A stretch of DNA of 64,000 nt, from the NCBI GenBank assembly GCA_016927185.1, contig JAFGND010000055.1:7799-71798 (forward strand). The letters are read 5' to 3'. This stretch comes from Candidatus Coatesbacteria bacterium (GTDB lineage: Bacteria > JAFGND01). Positions 19,382-29,310 of the stretch are shown piece after piece. A program made the translations under genes and the position numbers. The notes below the pieces were generated by a model. It made no database searches and was not told the DNA's origin. It saw only the letters and a program-made list of their open reading frames with translations. Numbering within the stretch: the first letter of the stretch is position 1; every line of letters begins with the position of its first letter.

Positions 19382-21043
19382 CTATTTATGTCTTCCTCTT
19401 CTTTTGTAATAAGCCCTTAAACCTCTCAATCTCCTTTTTATCTTGTCAAAAAGCCTATCTGGCGGCTTTGAAGGAAAAATTACTTTCACCTTGTAAGACT
19501 GAACTGATCTTGATGTTTTCTCTATGTTTGCATTAGTCTGTTTCGTAACAGGTTTTCGCCTTATTGTGACATCCTTCCTTGCTTTTTCATCAGCAGGGAT
19601 TATATTATTCTCAATTTTGTTAATTTCACTCTCAATATTGCTTTTCTCTTCTAACTCTCCAAACCATTCATCAAGATCCTCTCTGGATATCCTGTTTTTA
19701 ACTTTCTTTTCAGTTTCTTCCTGAAATCCTGTTTCAATCTCTTCTTCATCTTCATAATTATCTTCAATATCCCTGTATTCGAGTGCATTCTCAGTAGAAA
19801 TATCCTGCTTCTTATTCATGGTTTCATCTTCAAATTCCTCTTCTGTAAGCTCTTTCTGCTCATTTTCTTTGGAGTAAGTATCTTCAATATCCTCTTCATT
19901 TCCTGTATCTTCTTCTGAAGAGATTTCAGGATTTTCAGTGAATTCTGTTTCTTGCTCTTTATCAGTCTCTAAATCATCTAATTCATCTTTATCTTCATAC
20001 TCTTCATCCATTATGGATGCAGTTAATTCATTATCATCCAGGGGAGGAAGCCTGTCCCTCCATCCAGGTGAAGGTTTAATATCAACAGATGCTTGCCTAT
20101 CAGGGATTCCCTTTATTATATCAATTCTCTCTGAAATAGGTTTTGTAAGTGAAGGTAATGGTACGATTCTTTCCTTTTTTTCTGATGCAGTAGTTTGCCT
20201 TGATGTAGTATGCTTCTCTATCAATATCTGTCCTGAAGGAGGCTTTTTTTCTTTTTTGGCAATGGATGGAGCTATGAGAGGGAATACCCTGTCAGTTGTA
20301 GGTGGTTTTTGCTTAGGTTTCCCTGTACTGGCTATATATTTTAACAATATAAATGATCCATCATCTTCTATTTTGGAACGCAAGAATCTCTCTTCTATTG
20401 TTTTAGCCATCGTATCGAGATTCCCTAATCTGAAAAGATCAGTATATTCTCGGTCGGAAATTGCTTCTATCATACCATCAGTTATCATTATGAAGCTATC
20501 TCCATCCTTGAGCTTGATTGTATATAAATCGACGCTTACGTTCTGTGTTTTTCCCAATTCTCTTGTCAGCATTCTGAGATAGGTCGATTTTCTTACTTTA
20601 TCTTTATGAGTATTGAACTGGTTAGACAGATTATGATCCTCTGTTATCTGTTGAAGGTGCTGCTGTCTGTATATATAAATCCTGGCATTTCCCACGTTTG
20701 CTATATGTGCTATATCCTCTCTTATTAAAAGAAGTGTTACTACTGCTGACCAGAAAACTACCTGATGCTCAATCTGACTTGTTATGAGGGATTTGTTGGC
20801 TAACCTGATTGCTTCTATAATGTTATTCTCTGTAATATCATAACCTTCATTCACGAGTTTCAAGAATATTGATGAAATTACGCTTATTATTTCCCTGCTT
20901 GCTTTTCTTGCAAGATTTCTTTCGCCAAATCCCTCACTCAATATGAAAAATGAAAGATAGTCTCCAACATGATAATTATATGCCTCTTTCGAATTTGTCT
21001 GATCCGCTGCTATTATTGATTTTATTCTATGTTGGATATTCAT
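19382..21043 (-). CDS. PP2C-family Ser/Thr phosphatase with long acidic disordered C-terminal extension
   Basis: N-terminal roughly 230 aa carry PPM motifs (SEGFGE, IANVGNARIYIY, MITDGM). Roughly 300 residues of a P/K-rich then E/D-rich tail follow, then a basic C-terminus (KRRLRGLRAYYKRRGRHK). Confidence 0.7.
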   Translation of the reverse strand: MNIQHRIKSIIAADQTNSKEAYNYHVGDYLSFFILSEGFGERNLARKASREIISVISSIFLKLVNEGYDITENNIIEAIRLANKSLITSQIEHQVVFWSAVVTLLLIREDIAHIANVGNARIYIYRQQHLQQITEDHNLSNQFNTHKDKVRKSTYLRMLTRELGKTQNVSVDLYTIKLKDGDSFIMITDGMIEAISDREYTDLFRLGNLDTMAKTIEERFLRSKIEDDGSFILLKYIASTGKPKQKPPTTDRVFPLIAPSIAKKEKKPPSGQILIEKHTTSRQTTASEKKERIVPLPSLTKPISERIDIIKGIPDRQASVDIKPSPGWRDRLPPLDDNELTASIMDEEYEDKDELDDLETDKEQETEFTENPEISSEEDTGNEEDIEDTYSKENEQKELTEEEFEDETMNKKQDISTENALEYRDIEDNYEDEEEIETGFQEETEKKVKNRISREDLDEWFGELEEKSNIESEINKIENNIIPADEKARKDVTIRRKPVTKQTNANIEKTSRSVQSYKVKVIFPSKPPDRLFDKIKRRLRGLRAYYKRRGRHK

Positions 21044-21044
21044 A

Positions 21045-22145
21045 TCAAGCCATTTTTCGTGCCATAAACAAGATGATAAACCCTATGATAAGGAATAGTC
21101 CATTAGCTGTATTTGCTGCCAGAACTGGTGGCAGATTGCCATTCTGTCCAAGAACCTGTGCTGCAGCATTAACTAAGAAATAGATAAAGCTTATTATAAA
21201 ACCCAAGCCAAATGATAAAGCCTTATTTCCCTTAGCACCTCCTAGTGTTGCTAGTGGGGCTCCTAGTATCACTATTATAAGATTGGCAAAAGGAGAAGTG
21301 ACTTTCAAGTACAGATCAACTATATATCTTGTCGCATTTTCCCCACCACGCTTCAGTCTTTTTATATAGTCTTTTAATTCAAAATATGTCATTTCGTCTG
21401 GATCTCTTTCTTCTCTAGCAAAGTCCTCCCATGTCTCTTCCAGATTGTCAAGGATCATTTCATTTTTCTGTTCTACTTTTTCTACATTGTCATCCTTGAA
21501 ATATCTGATATAAACCCTTGTCAGTTTCCAGTATTTTTCCATCCAGAACATTGAATCTGCATTTATTCTTCTCAGGATATGACCTTTATCATCATATTCT
21601 TCTATATTTATGTTTGCAAGTCTCTTTCTCTGGACATCAAGGAATTTAATGCTGTAAATCCTGCCTTTTGTTCCTTTATAGAAAACATTATGTCTTTGCA
21701 TTTTATTTATTGGGTTGGTTTTTTTTATTTTATACTCATCAAGATCTCTTCTTGCCCTGTCTGAAGCAGGAACTATGCTTTGGCCAAGGCCTAGAGAAAA
21801 GACACTCATTAAAAAGCCAAATATGAAAATGGGTAGAAATATTCTGTATATACTTATACCTGAAGCCTGCATAATCATTACTTCATTTTTCTTTACCATA
21901 TCACCTATAGTAAAAAGGCAAGTCATCAGCAATGCTACAGGCAAAATATGATCAACAATCCATGGTATCTTGTACAGGTAATAAAGCCCCATGATTGAAG
22001 TTGGAACCTTCCTGTCAACAAAATAGCTTATCTTCTCGAAAACATCTACAACAAGGAATAGAGCAGTGAATCCAAGAACACTTGAAGTCATTACTCTGAT
22101 AAATTCCTTTAAGACGTATCTGTCAAAAATTCTCGCTATTTTCAT
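21045..22145 (-). CDS. LptF/LptG-family LPS export permease (YjgP/YjgQ)
   Basis: MKIARIFDRYVLKEF N-terminus, six predicted TM helices and a periplasmic beta-jellyroll region, about 366 aa. Confidence 0.8.
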   Translation of the reverse strand: MKIARIFDRYVLKEFIRVMTSSVLGFTALFLVVDVFEKISYFVDRKVPTSIMGLYYLYKIPWIVDHILPVALLMTCLFTIGDMVKKNEVMIMQASGISIYRIFLPIFIFGFLMSVFSLGLGQSIVPASDRARRDLDEYKIKKTNPINKMQRHNVFYKGTKGRIYSIKFLDVQRKRLANINIEEYDDKGHILRRINADSMFWMEKYWKLTRVYIRYFKDDNVEKVEQKNEMILDNLEETWEDFAREERDPDEMTYFELKDYIKRLKRGGENATRYIVDLYLKVTSPFANLIIVILGAPLATLGGAKGNKALSFGLGFIISFIYFLVNAAAQVLGQNGNLPPVLAANTANGLFLIIGFIILFMARKMA

Positions 22146-22148
22146 ATA

Positions 22149-23069
22149 TTAATTCTTATCCTGTTTTATATCAAGCATTGCATCCAGAGCTTTTTTTGCC
22201 TTTCTTGAGATTTCCTCATCAACCTCAATCCTGTACTGGTTTTTTTCAAAAGCATTAAGAACATCAACAAGCTTGATTTTCTTCATTTCCCTGCATACAG
22301 GTTTAGGTGATAAATCATGGAAGAGTTTGCCAGGATTGTCTTTACTTAACCTGTAAGTCATACCTTTTTCAGTTCCTATAATGAATTCCTTGTGCTCGCT
22401 GCCTTTAGCCAGTTTAAGCATTCCTCCAGTACTCAAAACGAAATCAGCTTCATTAATCACTTCCATGGTGCATTCTGGATGGACCATTACTTTCGCATCT
22501 GGGTATTTTCTTCTTGCTGCAAGGATATCAGCTAATGTTATTTTCTGGTGTGTTGGACAATATCCTTTCCAGGGAATGATTTCTTTATCAGTTATCTTGC
22601 TTTTTACATAATTCCCCAGATTTTTGTCTGGAATAAACAAAATGCGTTTGTTTTTCAATGAGTTGACTACTTGAACTGCATTTGATGATGTACAGCAAAT
22701 GTCACTTTCTGCTTTTATCTCAGCAGATGAATTTACGTAGGTAACAACAGCTGCATCAGGATAATCTTTCTTGAAATCCTTGAGTTCCTCGAGAGTTATC
22801 ATATCTGCCAATTGACATCCCGCATCATATCTTGGTATCAATACTTCCTTTTCAGGACTCAATATCTTAGCACTTTCTGCCATGAAATGAACACCACAGA
22901 ATATTATTCTATATGTTTTAAGTTCTGCAGCTATTCTTGCTAGTTGAAGAGAATCCCCATTATAATCTGAAATATCCTGAATTTCTGGGTTTTGATAATT
23001 ATGAGCTAGAATTATAGAATTTTGCTTTAATTTGCTTATTTTTATTATTATTTCTTCCTTTTCCATCAA
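22149..23069 (-). CDS. nadA: quinolinate synthase
   Basis: ILAHNYQ, CGVHFMAES and HPEC motifs plus conserved cysteines, 306 aa. Confidence 0.9.
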   Translation of the reverse strand: MMEKEEIIIKISKLKQNSIILAHNYQNPEIQDISDYNGDSLQLARIAAELKTYRIIFCGVHFMAESAKILSPEKEVLIPRYDAGCQLADMITLEELKDFKKDYPDAAVVTYVNSSAEIKAESDICCTSSNAVQVVNSLKNKRILFIPDKNLGNYVKSKITDKEIIPWKGYCPTHQKITLADILAARRKYPDAKVMVHPECTMEVINEADFVLSTGGMLKLAKGSEHKEFIIGTEKGMTYRLSKDNPGKLFHDLSPKPVCREMKKIKLVDVLNAFEKNQYRIEVDEEISRKAKKALDAMLDIKQDKN

Positions 23070-23197
23070 ATCTCCATTTTTTGCTTTATGAAAAAGCTTC
23101 TTTTTTATTTTGTGTTGACAGAATAAAGAACTAAGGCTTTTTTTGTAAACCTAAAGTTTGTTTTTGATATTGAACAATACTATTGAAAGGAGATTTT

Positions 23198-24604
23198 ATG
23201 CGATACTTATTTATTTTGCTGATTTCGCTTTCTTTTCTTCAGGCATATGGAGTATGGACTCAGCAGTCAGACAGAGGTCTTGCATTGATGGGGATACAAG
23301 CTTTGGATAATCAAAGAGCATGGATTGCTGGTACTTCTCAGAGTCTGGCTGCAATTTATTTTACAACAAATGGTGGTAATAACTGGAATAGCTCAAATGC
23401 TGCCTTTTCAATGTTATGGATGGATATAGCTTTTGATCCAACCAGTAAATGGGGGATTGTAGGAGGTCTTGGATTAAGCATTATGGGTTGGTCTCAAATA
23501 GCTCTCACAACAAACGGTGGTAGTAGCTGGACCAAAAAAGATCCTACGCAAACACTCACTACTGAGGTAAAAGCTGTTCAATTCATTGCTCCAACTACTT
23601 ACCTGGCAGTAGCTAATGTTGGACAGAATTCCACTCCTGAGCTTTGGATATCAACAAATCTGGGTAATAACTGGACAAGGAAAACCCTTAACCATGACAA
23701 TTACTGCCAGGATTTACATTTTTTCAACACAAGTACAGGATTTGTCGTTATGGGTGACTGGCCAGATGATGTACAGAACATGGCGAATCAATACAGACTA
23801 TATAAGAATCCAATGAAGAAATATGCAAAAACTGCCAACCAATACAGGTGCAGCATATTATTCACAAGTGATGGTGGTAATCACTGGACAGTTCAGTATG
23901 ATGATATAGGACATTTTTATGGCTTTGGAATAAGCATGGTAAACCAGCAAGAAGGCTGGGTTGCCTGTGACGGATACGGTGGAGCTGGAAGCAGAATTCT
24001 TCATACAAATAACGGAGGCTCAAGCTGGCTGGAACAAACCATACCTGATGGCGGAAGAACTTATTTCCTCTCAGATGTTCATTTCGTTGATAATCAATGC
24101 GGATGGGCAGTAGGAGGAGCTTCTAGCGGTGTCGCAATATGTTATATAATGCATACTATAGATGGGGGAACCAACTGGATAAAAGATTCTTTTGCCCCAG
24201 TTGGCCCAGCAATGGCCTGTCATTTTCCTAACAAGTCAAGTGGATGGGCAGTAGGAGCAAATGATGTAACACAAACAGGAAGAATTTACCTTTACCTTGA
24301 TAAGAGTGGTATTTCTGAAAACAAATATTCAGAGAGCATTCCATTGAAAATGAATATTAATTGCTCACCAAATCCTGTATCAAGAAATGCAAATGTTAGT
24401 TTTTCACTATCTGAAAGTGGTAATACAACATTGAAGATTTATGACCTTCAAGGGAAATGCAGAAAAACTCTTCTGGCAAAATTCCTTGATAAAGGCAATC
24501 ATAATATTGGAATGAACATTGAGGAACTGAGAAATGGATCATATTTCCTTGTCATGAATCAGGGAAATAACAAGAAAGCTATTACAATTCTCAAGGTTGA
24601 ATGA
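23198..24604 (+). CDS. secreted BNR/Ycf48-like beta-propeller protein with type IX secretion C-terminal sorting domain
   Basis: Signal peptide; repeated xTNGGxxW / SxDGGxxW propeller blades; the last roughly 80 aa (SPNPVSRNANVSFSL...LKIYDLQGKCRKTL...ITILKVE) match the Por/T9SS CTD pattern. Start set at ATG 23198 after an AAAGGAGA SD. Confidence 0.7.
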   Translation: MRYLFILLISLSFLQAYGVWTQQSDRGLALMGIQALDNQRAWIAGTSQSLAAIYFTTNGGNNWNSSNAAFSMLWMDIAFDPTSKWGIVGGLGLSIMGWSQIALTTNGGSSWTKKDPTQTLTTEVKAVQFIAPTTYLAVANVGQNSTPELWISTNLGNNWTRKTLNHDNYCQDLHFFNTSTGFVVMGDWPDDVQNMANQYRLYKNPMKKYAKTANQYRCSILFTSDGGNHWTVQYDDIGHFYGFGISMVNQQEGWVACDGYGGAGSRILHTNNGGSSWLEQTIPDGGRTYFLSDVHFVDNQCGWAVGGASSGVAICYIMHTIDGGTNWIKDSFAPVGPAMACHFPNKSSGWAVGANDVTQTGRIYLYLDKSGISENKYSESIPLKMNINCSPNPVSRNANVSFSLSESGNTTLKIYDLQGKCRKTLLAKFLDKGNHNIGMNIEELRNGSYFLVMNQGNNKKAITILKVE

Positions 24605-24607
24605 TCA

Positions 24608-25018
24608 TTGATGAGTGAATTTATTGTAAGAGATGATTTGCTTTATCACAAGAAGCATTTCTGGGTAAAGAGGGATTCGGATATTGCAATAATAGGAGTC
24701 ACTGACTTCTTCCAGAAATTAGCAGGTAAGTTTGATTATATTGAGCTTCCCGAGGAAGGGGAATTTTATAAAGGCGATACATCTGTGGGAGTTGTGGAAA
24801 CAGGGAAATGGATTGGCAAGATAATCACTCCTCTCTCTGGAAGAATTCTTGAAATAAACAGTATTCTTGAAGACAAACCTAATACTGTTAACAAGGATCC
24901 TTATGGAGAAGGTTGGCTTTTCAAGATAAAGTCTGAAAACGATAATGAGTTTGCTAATTTATTGAATTCCAAGGAGATAGTAGCATTACAAGAAGAAGAA
25001 AAAAAGAAATATACTTAA
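24608..25018 (+). CDS. gcvH: glycine cleavage system H protein
   Basis: HxWV motif (KKHFWVKRD) and lipoyl-lysine context (VVETGKWIGKI), 136 aa. Confidence 0.8.
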   Translation: MMSEFIVRDDLLYHKKHFWVKRDSDIAIIGVTDFFQKLAGKFDYIELPEEGEFYKGDTSVGVVETGKWIGKIITPLSGRILEINSILEDKPNTVNKDPYGEGWLFKIKSENDNEFANLLNSKEIVALQEEEKKKYT

Positions 25019-25065
25019 CCAAAAGATGAGGGTTCTGGAATTTTTGATGATTAATTATCAGATGA

Positions 25066-27459
25066 ATGATATATATGGATAATAATCCTGTAGAGAAATT
25101 CTTAAGAATATTCGGAATTGACAGATTAACTAAGACTCTGGAATTGCTGAAGAGTGATGACAAGTTCATTAGAAGGAAGGCAGCGGAATCATTAGCTTAT
25201 ATAAAGGAAAAAGGTTCTGTTGATGCTCTTGTAGAAACGCTATCTGATCCTGTTGGAGAAGTAAGATATGCTGCAGCAAGATCATTGAAACATCATAAGT
25301 TACCATCCGATATTGATACTAAAGCAAAGTATTATGTAGCCATCAGAGATTTCGAAACAGTACAATCCCTTGGAAGAGCATCTTTTAATGCACTGAAAAT
25401 AGCCCTGCTTGATGATGATGAGGAAATCAGGAATTCTGCAGCAAGGACTCTCGTTAGAATGGGACCAGAAGCTGTTGGTATTCTTATTGATACACTAGCT
25501 GAAAAGAACGATGATATAAGAGATTGTGCAGCAGAAGCCATAAAAAGCCTTGGTGCTCCTGCAATACCATATCTTATAAAGAGCTTATCCCGTCCTGAGG
25601 AAAATATCAGGAAATCATCAACAGTTATTATTAAGCAGTTTGGGGACAGGGCAGTTATACCCCTTATAAGGGCATTGAAAAATCCTGAGCCTGTTGTGAA
25701 AGAAAACATGGCATCAATGCTTGGTGAACTAACTGATCCAAGAGCTCTTAATGCCTTGATAGAAGCTATAAATGATGAAGATGAAAATGTCAAGAGATCT
25801 GTAATAAGAGCTATTGGTGAGCTGGGTGATCCATTAAGTATTCCAGCTCTCCTGAAAGAATTAATAAATGCAGAAAGGATTTATTTCGAGATACACTGGG
25901 CTTTGACAAGAATGGGAGAAAAGGTAGTAGAACCTTGCATAGACTTACTCAAATCTCCTCACTGGGAAGTGAGAAAAAGAGCAGCTGCATTATTAGGTGA
26001 TTTGGGAGATTTCCGTGCAATTGATCCTTTGAAGGATTCCCTTTATGACGAGCATTGGACAGTAAGATGTTTTGCCAGTCTATCATTGGGAGAAATAGGA
26101 GAACAGGAATCGATTTACGCAATGCTGCCCTTGTTGAATGATGATGAACCAAGGGTGAGAGCTTCAACAGCATATGCTTTGGGTATACTAGGTAATAAGG
26201 AAGTTATAGATCCTCTTAACATTGTACTGGAAAATGAAACAGATGAAAGAGTTAGATTCGCAGTTTCATGCGGACTTCTCCTTCTTGGTGATACAATAGG
26301 ATTGACAACAGTAATAGAAAGCCTTGAAAATAATGCAACAAGAGAAGTTGCTGCACAGGTTTTAGGAGCTTCAGCTCAGGAAAAGGGAATAGTACCTTTA
26401 ATTGAAGCTCTTAAAGGCATCTCAGTTGCAACAATTGCATTCAGGGAAAGAAGAAGATACAGGTCTTATCTCTATATAGAGCAAGCTGAAGAATGGTTAA
26501 AACTGGTAAAAGATGCCTACAAGATGAAATCATTGATAGGAGAGATTCCTGAATTGCTTTTTGAACAGCTTATAGAAGAAGCAATTTGTCAGATAGACAG
26601 TATAAAATCAATTGATCCTCTTGTAGAATCCCTCTCTGCACTTTATGTCAACAAGCTGAAGATACATGCGACCAGGATTCTAGGCAGAATGAAATACAAG
26701 GATGCTCTTAAACCATTAGCTCGATTATTACTTGATCCTATCTGGGAGTTAAGAAGAGCTGCAGCGAACGCACTGGGAGAACTGGGTGAGAAAGAAGCAT
26801 CAGAATACTTAATAGAATCACTTGGAGATGAGAACAGGAGAGTCCGTTCTGCAGCAGCATTAGCATTAGGGAAATTAAAGACTTCTTCTGCTATAGATCC
26901 TCTTATTCTACTTCTAGGGGATAGCAGGTTTCAGGTAAGGCAAGCAGCAGCATGGAGTTTAGGTCAGATAAGAAATCCAAGAGCCAGACCACCTCTGTTG
27001 AGTGTTTTATCTGAAAAAGACAGGAGAACAAAAATACAGATAGCTGGTGCTTTATGCAAACTTGGAGAATTAGCTGCATCAGAAGTTCTCTCAGAGGGTT
27101 TATTCTCAGCAGATCTGGTCTTGAGGCTTGATTCTGCAACACTTTTGGGTGAAATTGAAGAAGACTGGACTTTATCCATACTTATTTCTGCAATCACAGA
27201 CAAGAGATGGGAAGTAAGGTTAAAGATAGTTCAAGCACTAGGTAAATCGAGAGACATCAAAGCCATACCTCCATTAACTAAATGTCTTGCTGATAATAAT
27301 CTGGATGTAAGACTTGCAGCAATTCACTCCCTTGTTGAATTATCTGGCATACAGGCAATTCCTTCAATACAACCTTTAACAATGTCTACCCATCGCAAAA
27401 CGAAATTGATGGCTATAAAAGCAATAAATGATCTTCAAGGTGGAAGCATTCAGGGATAA
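25066..27459 (+). CDS. HEAT / PBS-lyase repeat protein (797 aa)
   Basis: More than 20 tandem roughly 30-aa repeats of the VRxxAAxALGxLGDxxAIxPLxxLLxDxD type. Confidence 0.8.
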   Translation: MIYMDNNPVEKFLRIFGIDRLTKTLELLKSDDKFIRRKAAESLAYIKEKGSVDALVETLSDPVGEVRYAAARSLKHHKLPSDIDTKAKYYVAIRDFETVQSLGRASFNALKIALLDDDEEIRNSAARTLVRMGPEAVGILIDTLAEKNDDIRDCAAEAIKSLGAPAIPYLIKSLSRPEENIRKSSTVIIKQFGDRAVIPLIRALKNPEPVVKENMASMLGELTDPRALNALIEAINDEDENVKRSVIRAIGELGDPLSIPALLKELINAERIYFEIHWALTRMGEKVVEPCIDLLKSPHWEVRKRAAALLGDLGDFRAIDPLKDSLYDEHWTVRCFASLSLGEIGEQESIYAMLPLLNDDEPRVRASTAYALGILGNKEVIDPLNIVLENETDERVRFAVSCGLLLLGDTIGLTTVIESLENNATREVAAQVLGASAQEKGIVPLIEALKGISVATIAFRERRRYRSYLYIEQAEEWLKLVKDAYKMKSLIGEIPELLFEQLIEEAICQIDSIKSIDPLVESLSALYVNKLKIHATRILGRMKYKDALKPLARLLLDPIWELRRAAANALGELGEKEASEYLIESLGDENRRVRSAAALALGKLKTSSAIDPLILLLGDSRFQVRQAAAWSLGQIRNPRARPPLLSVLSEKDRRTKIQIAGALCKLGELAASEVLSEGLFSADLVLRLDSATLLGEIEEDWTLSILISAITDKRWEVRLKIVQALGKSRDIKAIPPLTKCLADNNLDVRLAAIHSLVELSGIQAIPSIQPLTMSTHRKTKLMAIKAINDLQGGSIQG

Positions 27460-27463
27460 CACT

Positions 27464-28420
27464 ATGATTTTAGGTGAATTAGAATTGAAGGATTACCTGG
27501 ATTATCTAAGAAAAGAATGTGGTAAATCAAGCAACACAGAAATGGCTTATAAAAAAGATATATATAAATTCCTTATTTATGAAGATAATCTGGGAATAAT
27601 TAAAATAGGTTCTATAAAAAAAAAGCATGTAATGAATTTCCTAAGGAAAAGAGCTCTGGATGGAATTACTCCAAGAAGTATATCTAGAACATCAAGTTCA
27701 TTAAAGGGTTTTTTTAAATATCTTTTCAGCAAGAAAACGATCCTTGTAAATCCATGCGATGCAATAACATCTATTAAATTCAAGAAAAAACTTCCAGGTT
27801 TCATTTCTCAGGAAAAAATGGGAAAATTGAACGAAATTGAGGAGGAAAACTACTTATTTGTAAGGAATAAATTCATACTCGAATTACTTTATGCAACCGG
27901 TCTAAGAGCTACTGAGTTTGTTTCCCTTGATGTGTCTGACATAGATTTTAAACAAGCTTTTCTTAAAGTAAGACATGGTAAGGGAAACAAACAAAGAATG
28001 GTTCCAATAGGTAAATTTGCAATGCAAGCACTTGAAGATTATTTGCCTTTCAGGAAAATAATTAGGGAAAAATTTGGATATGCTGGTGATAGTGAACCAC
28101 TTGTAATAAATAGAAGGGGAAAGAGGCTTACAACAAGAGGATTAGGACTTATCATAAAGAGCCTTTTAATGAAAGCTGGATTATCAGATGATTTAAGTAC
28201 TCATTCAATAAGACATAGTTTCGCCACTCATCTTCTGGAAAGAGGAGCAGACTTGAAGGTAATTCAAGAACTTCTCGGGCATTCATCCTTAAGTACTACC
28301 CAGAATTATACTCATGTAACTGCAACATATTTAAAGGAAGTATATAAAAAATCACATCCATTAGGCTCAAAAGGAGAGCTGATTTCTTATCCACCTAAAA
28401 GGAAAAAGAGCAAGGATTAA
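27464..28420 (+). CDS. tyrosine site-specific recombinase, XerC/XerD family
   Basis: C-terminal catalytic motifs HSIRHSFATHLLERGADLKVIQELLGHSSLSTTQNYTHV (R-H-R-Y tetrad). Start at ATG 27464, 4 nt after the HEAT-protein stop. Confidence 0.85.
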   Translation: MILGELELKDYLDYLRKECGKSSNTEMAYKKDIYKFLIYEDNLGIIKIGSIKKKHVMNFLRKRALDGITPRSISRTSSSLKGFFKYLFSKKTILVNPCDAITSIKFKKKLPGFISQEKMGKLNEIEEENYLFVRNKFILELLYATGLRATEFVSLDVSDIDFKQAFLKVRHGKGNKQRMVPIGKFAMQALEDYLPFRKIIREKFGYAGDSEPLVINRRGKRLTTRGLGLIIKSLLMKAGLSDDLSTHSIRHSFATHLLERGADLKVIQELLGHSSLSTTQNYTHVTATYLKEVYKKSHPLGSKGELISYPPKRKKSKD

Positions 28421-29310
28421 TTTCCTCTATAACTTATAAATTTCCTGGCTCTGTCTAGCAGAGCTTTTCTTTGGATATATTTCTGAAGGATCTGAACATA
28501 TTCAGGAGTATTTGTTTGTTGCAGTGACTGCATTGATTTTACCTGATTTGCAAGCTGTATTACTTCATGCTCAAGTTCATAGAATTTTGAAGGGTTTGAT
28601 TTGAATATCTGTAGATCTGCCATGCTTTTATTAAGCTGCTTCAAGATTTCGTTAACAGCTTTATTGTTAGGTTCCTTATGTTTGGCATATGTTGCCCATT
28701 CAAAAGCATCCTGATATTTTTGTGCTGCCAGATATCCTTGTGCCCTCTTTGCAATAAGATTTATTACTGAAGTCATTCCATTTAGTGCGAGAGGATCTTT
28801 TGTTAATGCATATAATTCAAGATATCTATTATATGCTCTTCCATAATCCTGTTTATTCTTTGCTGTTCTAAGTATCTTGTCAACATTCTTTATAAGCTTT
28901 TTCAGAACCATCTTCTTATATTCAATGCATTTTGTATCATCTGGAAAAATCCTGATGAATTCCCTGATTTCCTTGTAGGCTTCCTCAAATTCACCTTTTT
29001 CTATGTGTTTGCTTATTATATCAAGTCCTTCGGCTTTTGCCATCTCTATTTCAATAACCTTTACTTCTGGTGATAGTATATCTTCTTTATCATCAATACT
29101 CACGTTCTCTTCTGATTTGATATCCGGAATAGGGATTATCAGAAACAGAATAAATAGAAGAAAAGAAAACCCTGCAATGCAGTAAATAACATGAATGGGT
29201 CTGAATTTCCTTATTTTATCAGGATTTATGTCCTTAAGTTTGTACTGCTTTGCCCTTAAATTAAGAATTTCTCTGAAAAATAAATCAGGTTTTAACAAAT
29301 CTATTTTCAT
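28417..29310 (-). CDS. TPR-like repeat protein with N-terminal TM anchor
   Basis: One hydrophobic helix (IYCIAGFSFLLFILFLIIPI), then helical repeat hairpins. ATGA overlap with the upstream oxidase. Confidence 0.55.
   Translation of the reverse strand: MKIDLLKPDLFFREILNLRAKQYKLKDINPDKIRKFRPIHVIYCIAGFSFLLFILFLIIPIPDIKSEENVSIDDKEDILSPEVKVIEIEMAKAEGLDIISKHIEKGEFEEAYKEIREFIRIFPDDTKCIEYKKMVLKKLIKNVDKILRTAKNKQDYGRAYNRYLELYALTKDPLALNGMTSVINLIAKRAQGYLAAQKYQDAFEWATYAKHKEPNNKAVNEILKQLNKSMADLQIFKSNPSKFYELEHEVIQLANQVKSMQSLQQTNTPEYVQILQKYIQRKALLDRARKFISYRGN

Noticed and set aside
19938-20582. 214-aa plus-strand ORF inside the PP2C acidic-tail region, and similar antisense ORFs (25332-25793, 31173-31607, 61583-62005 and others)
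   Set aside because: They are Ser/Leu-rich antisense translations of low-complexity or strongly coding sense strands. They lack SD sites and are entirely nested within well-supported genes.
27464-28420. Tyrosine recombinase as marker of an integrated mobile element
   Set aside because: No flanking direct repeats, tRNA, phage, transposase or cargo genes. Catalytic C-terminus and size fit chromosomal XerC/XerD. Its neighbours (HEAT-repeat protein, TPR protein, oxidoreductases) look like core genes.
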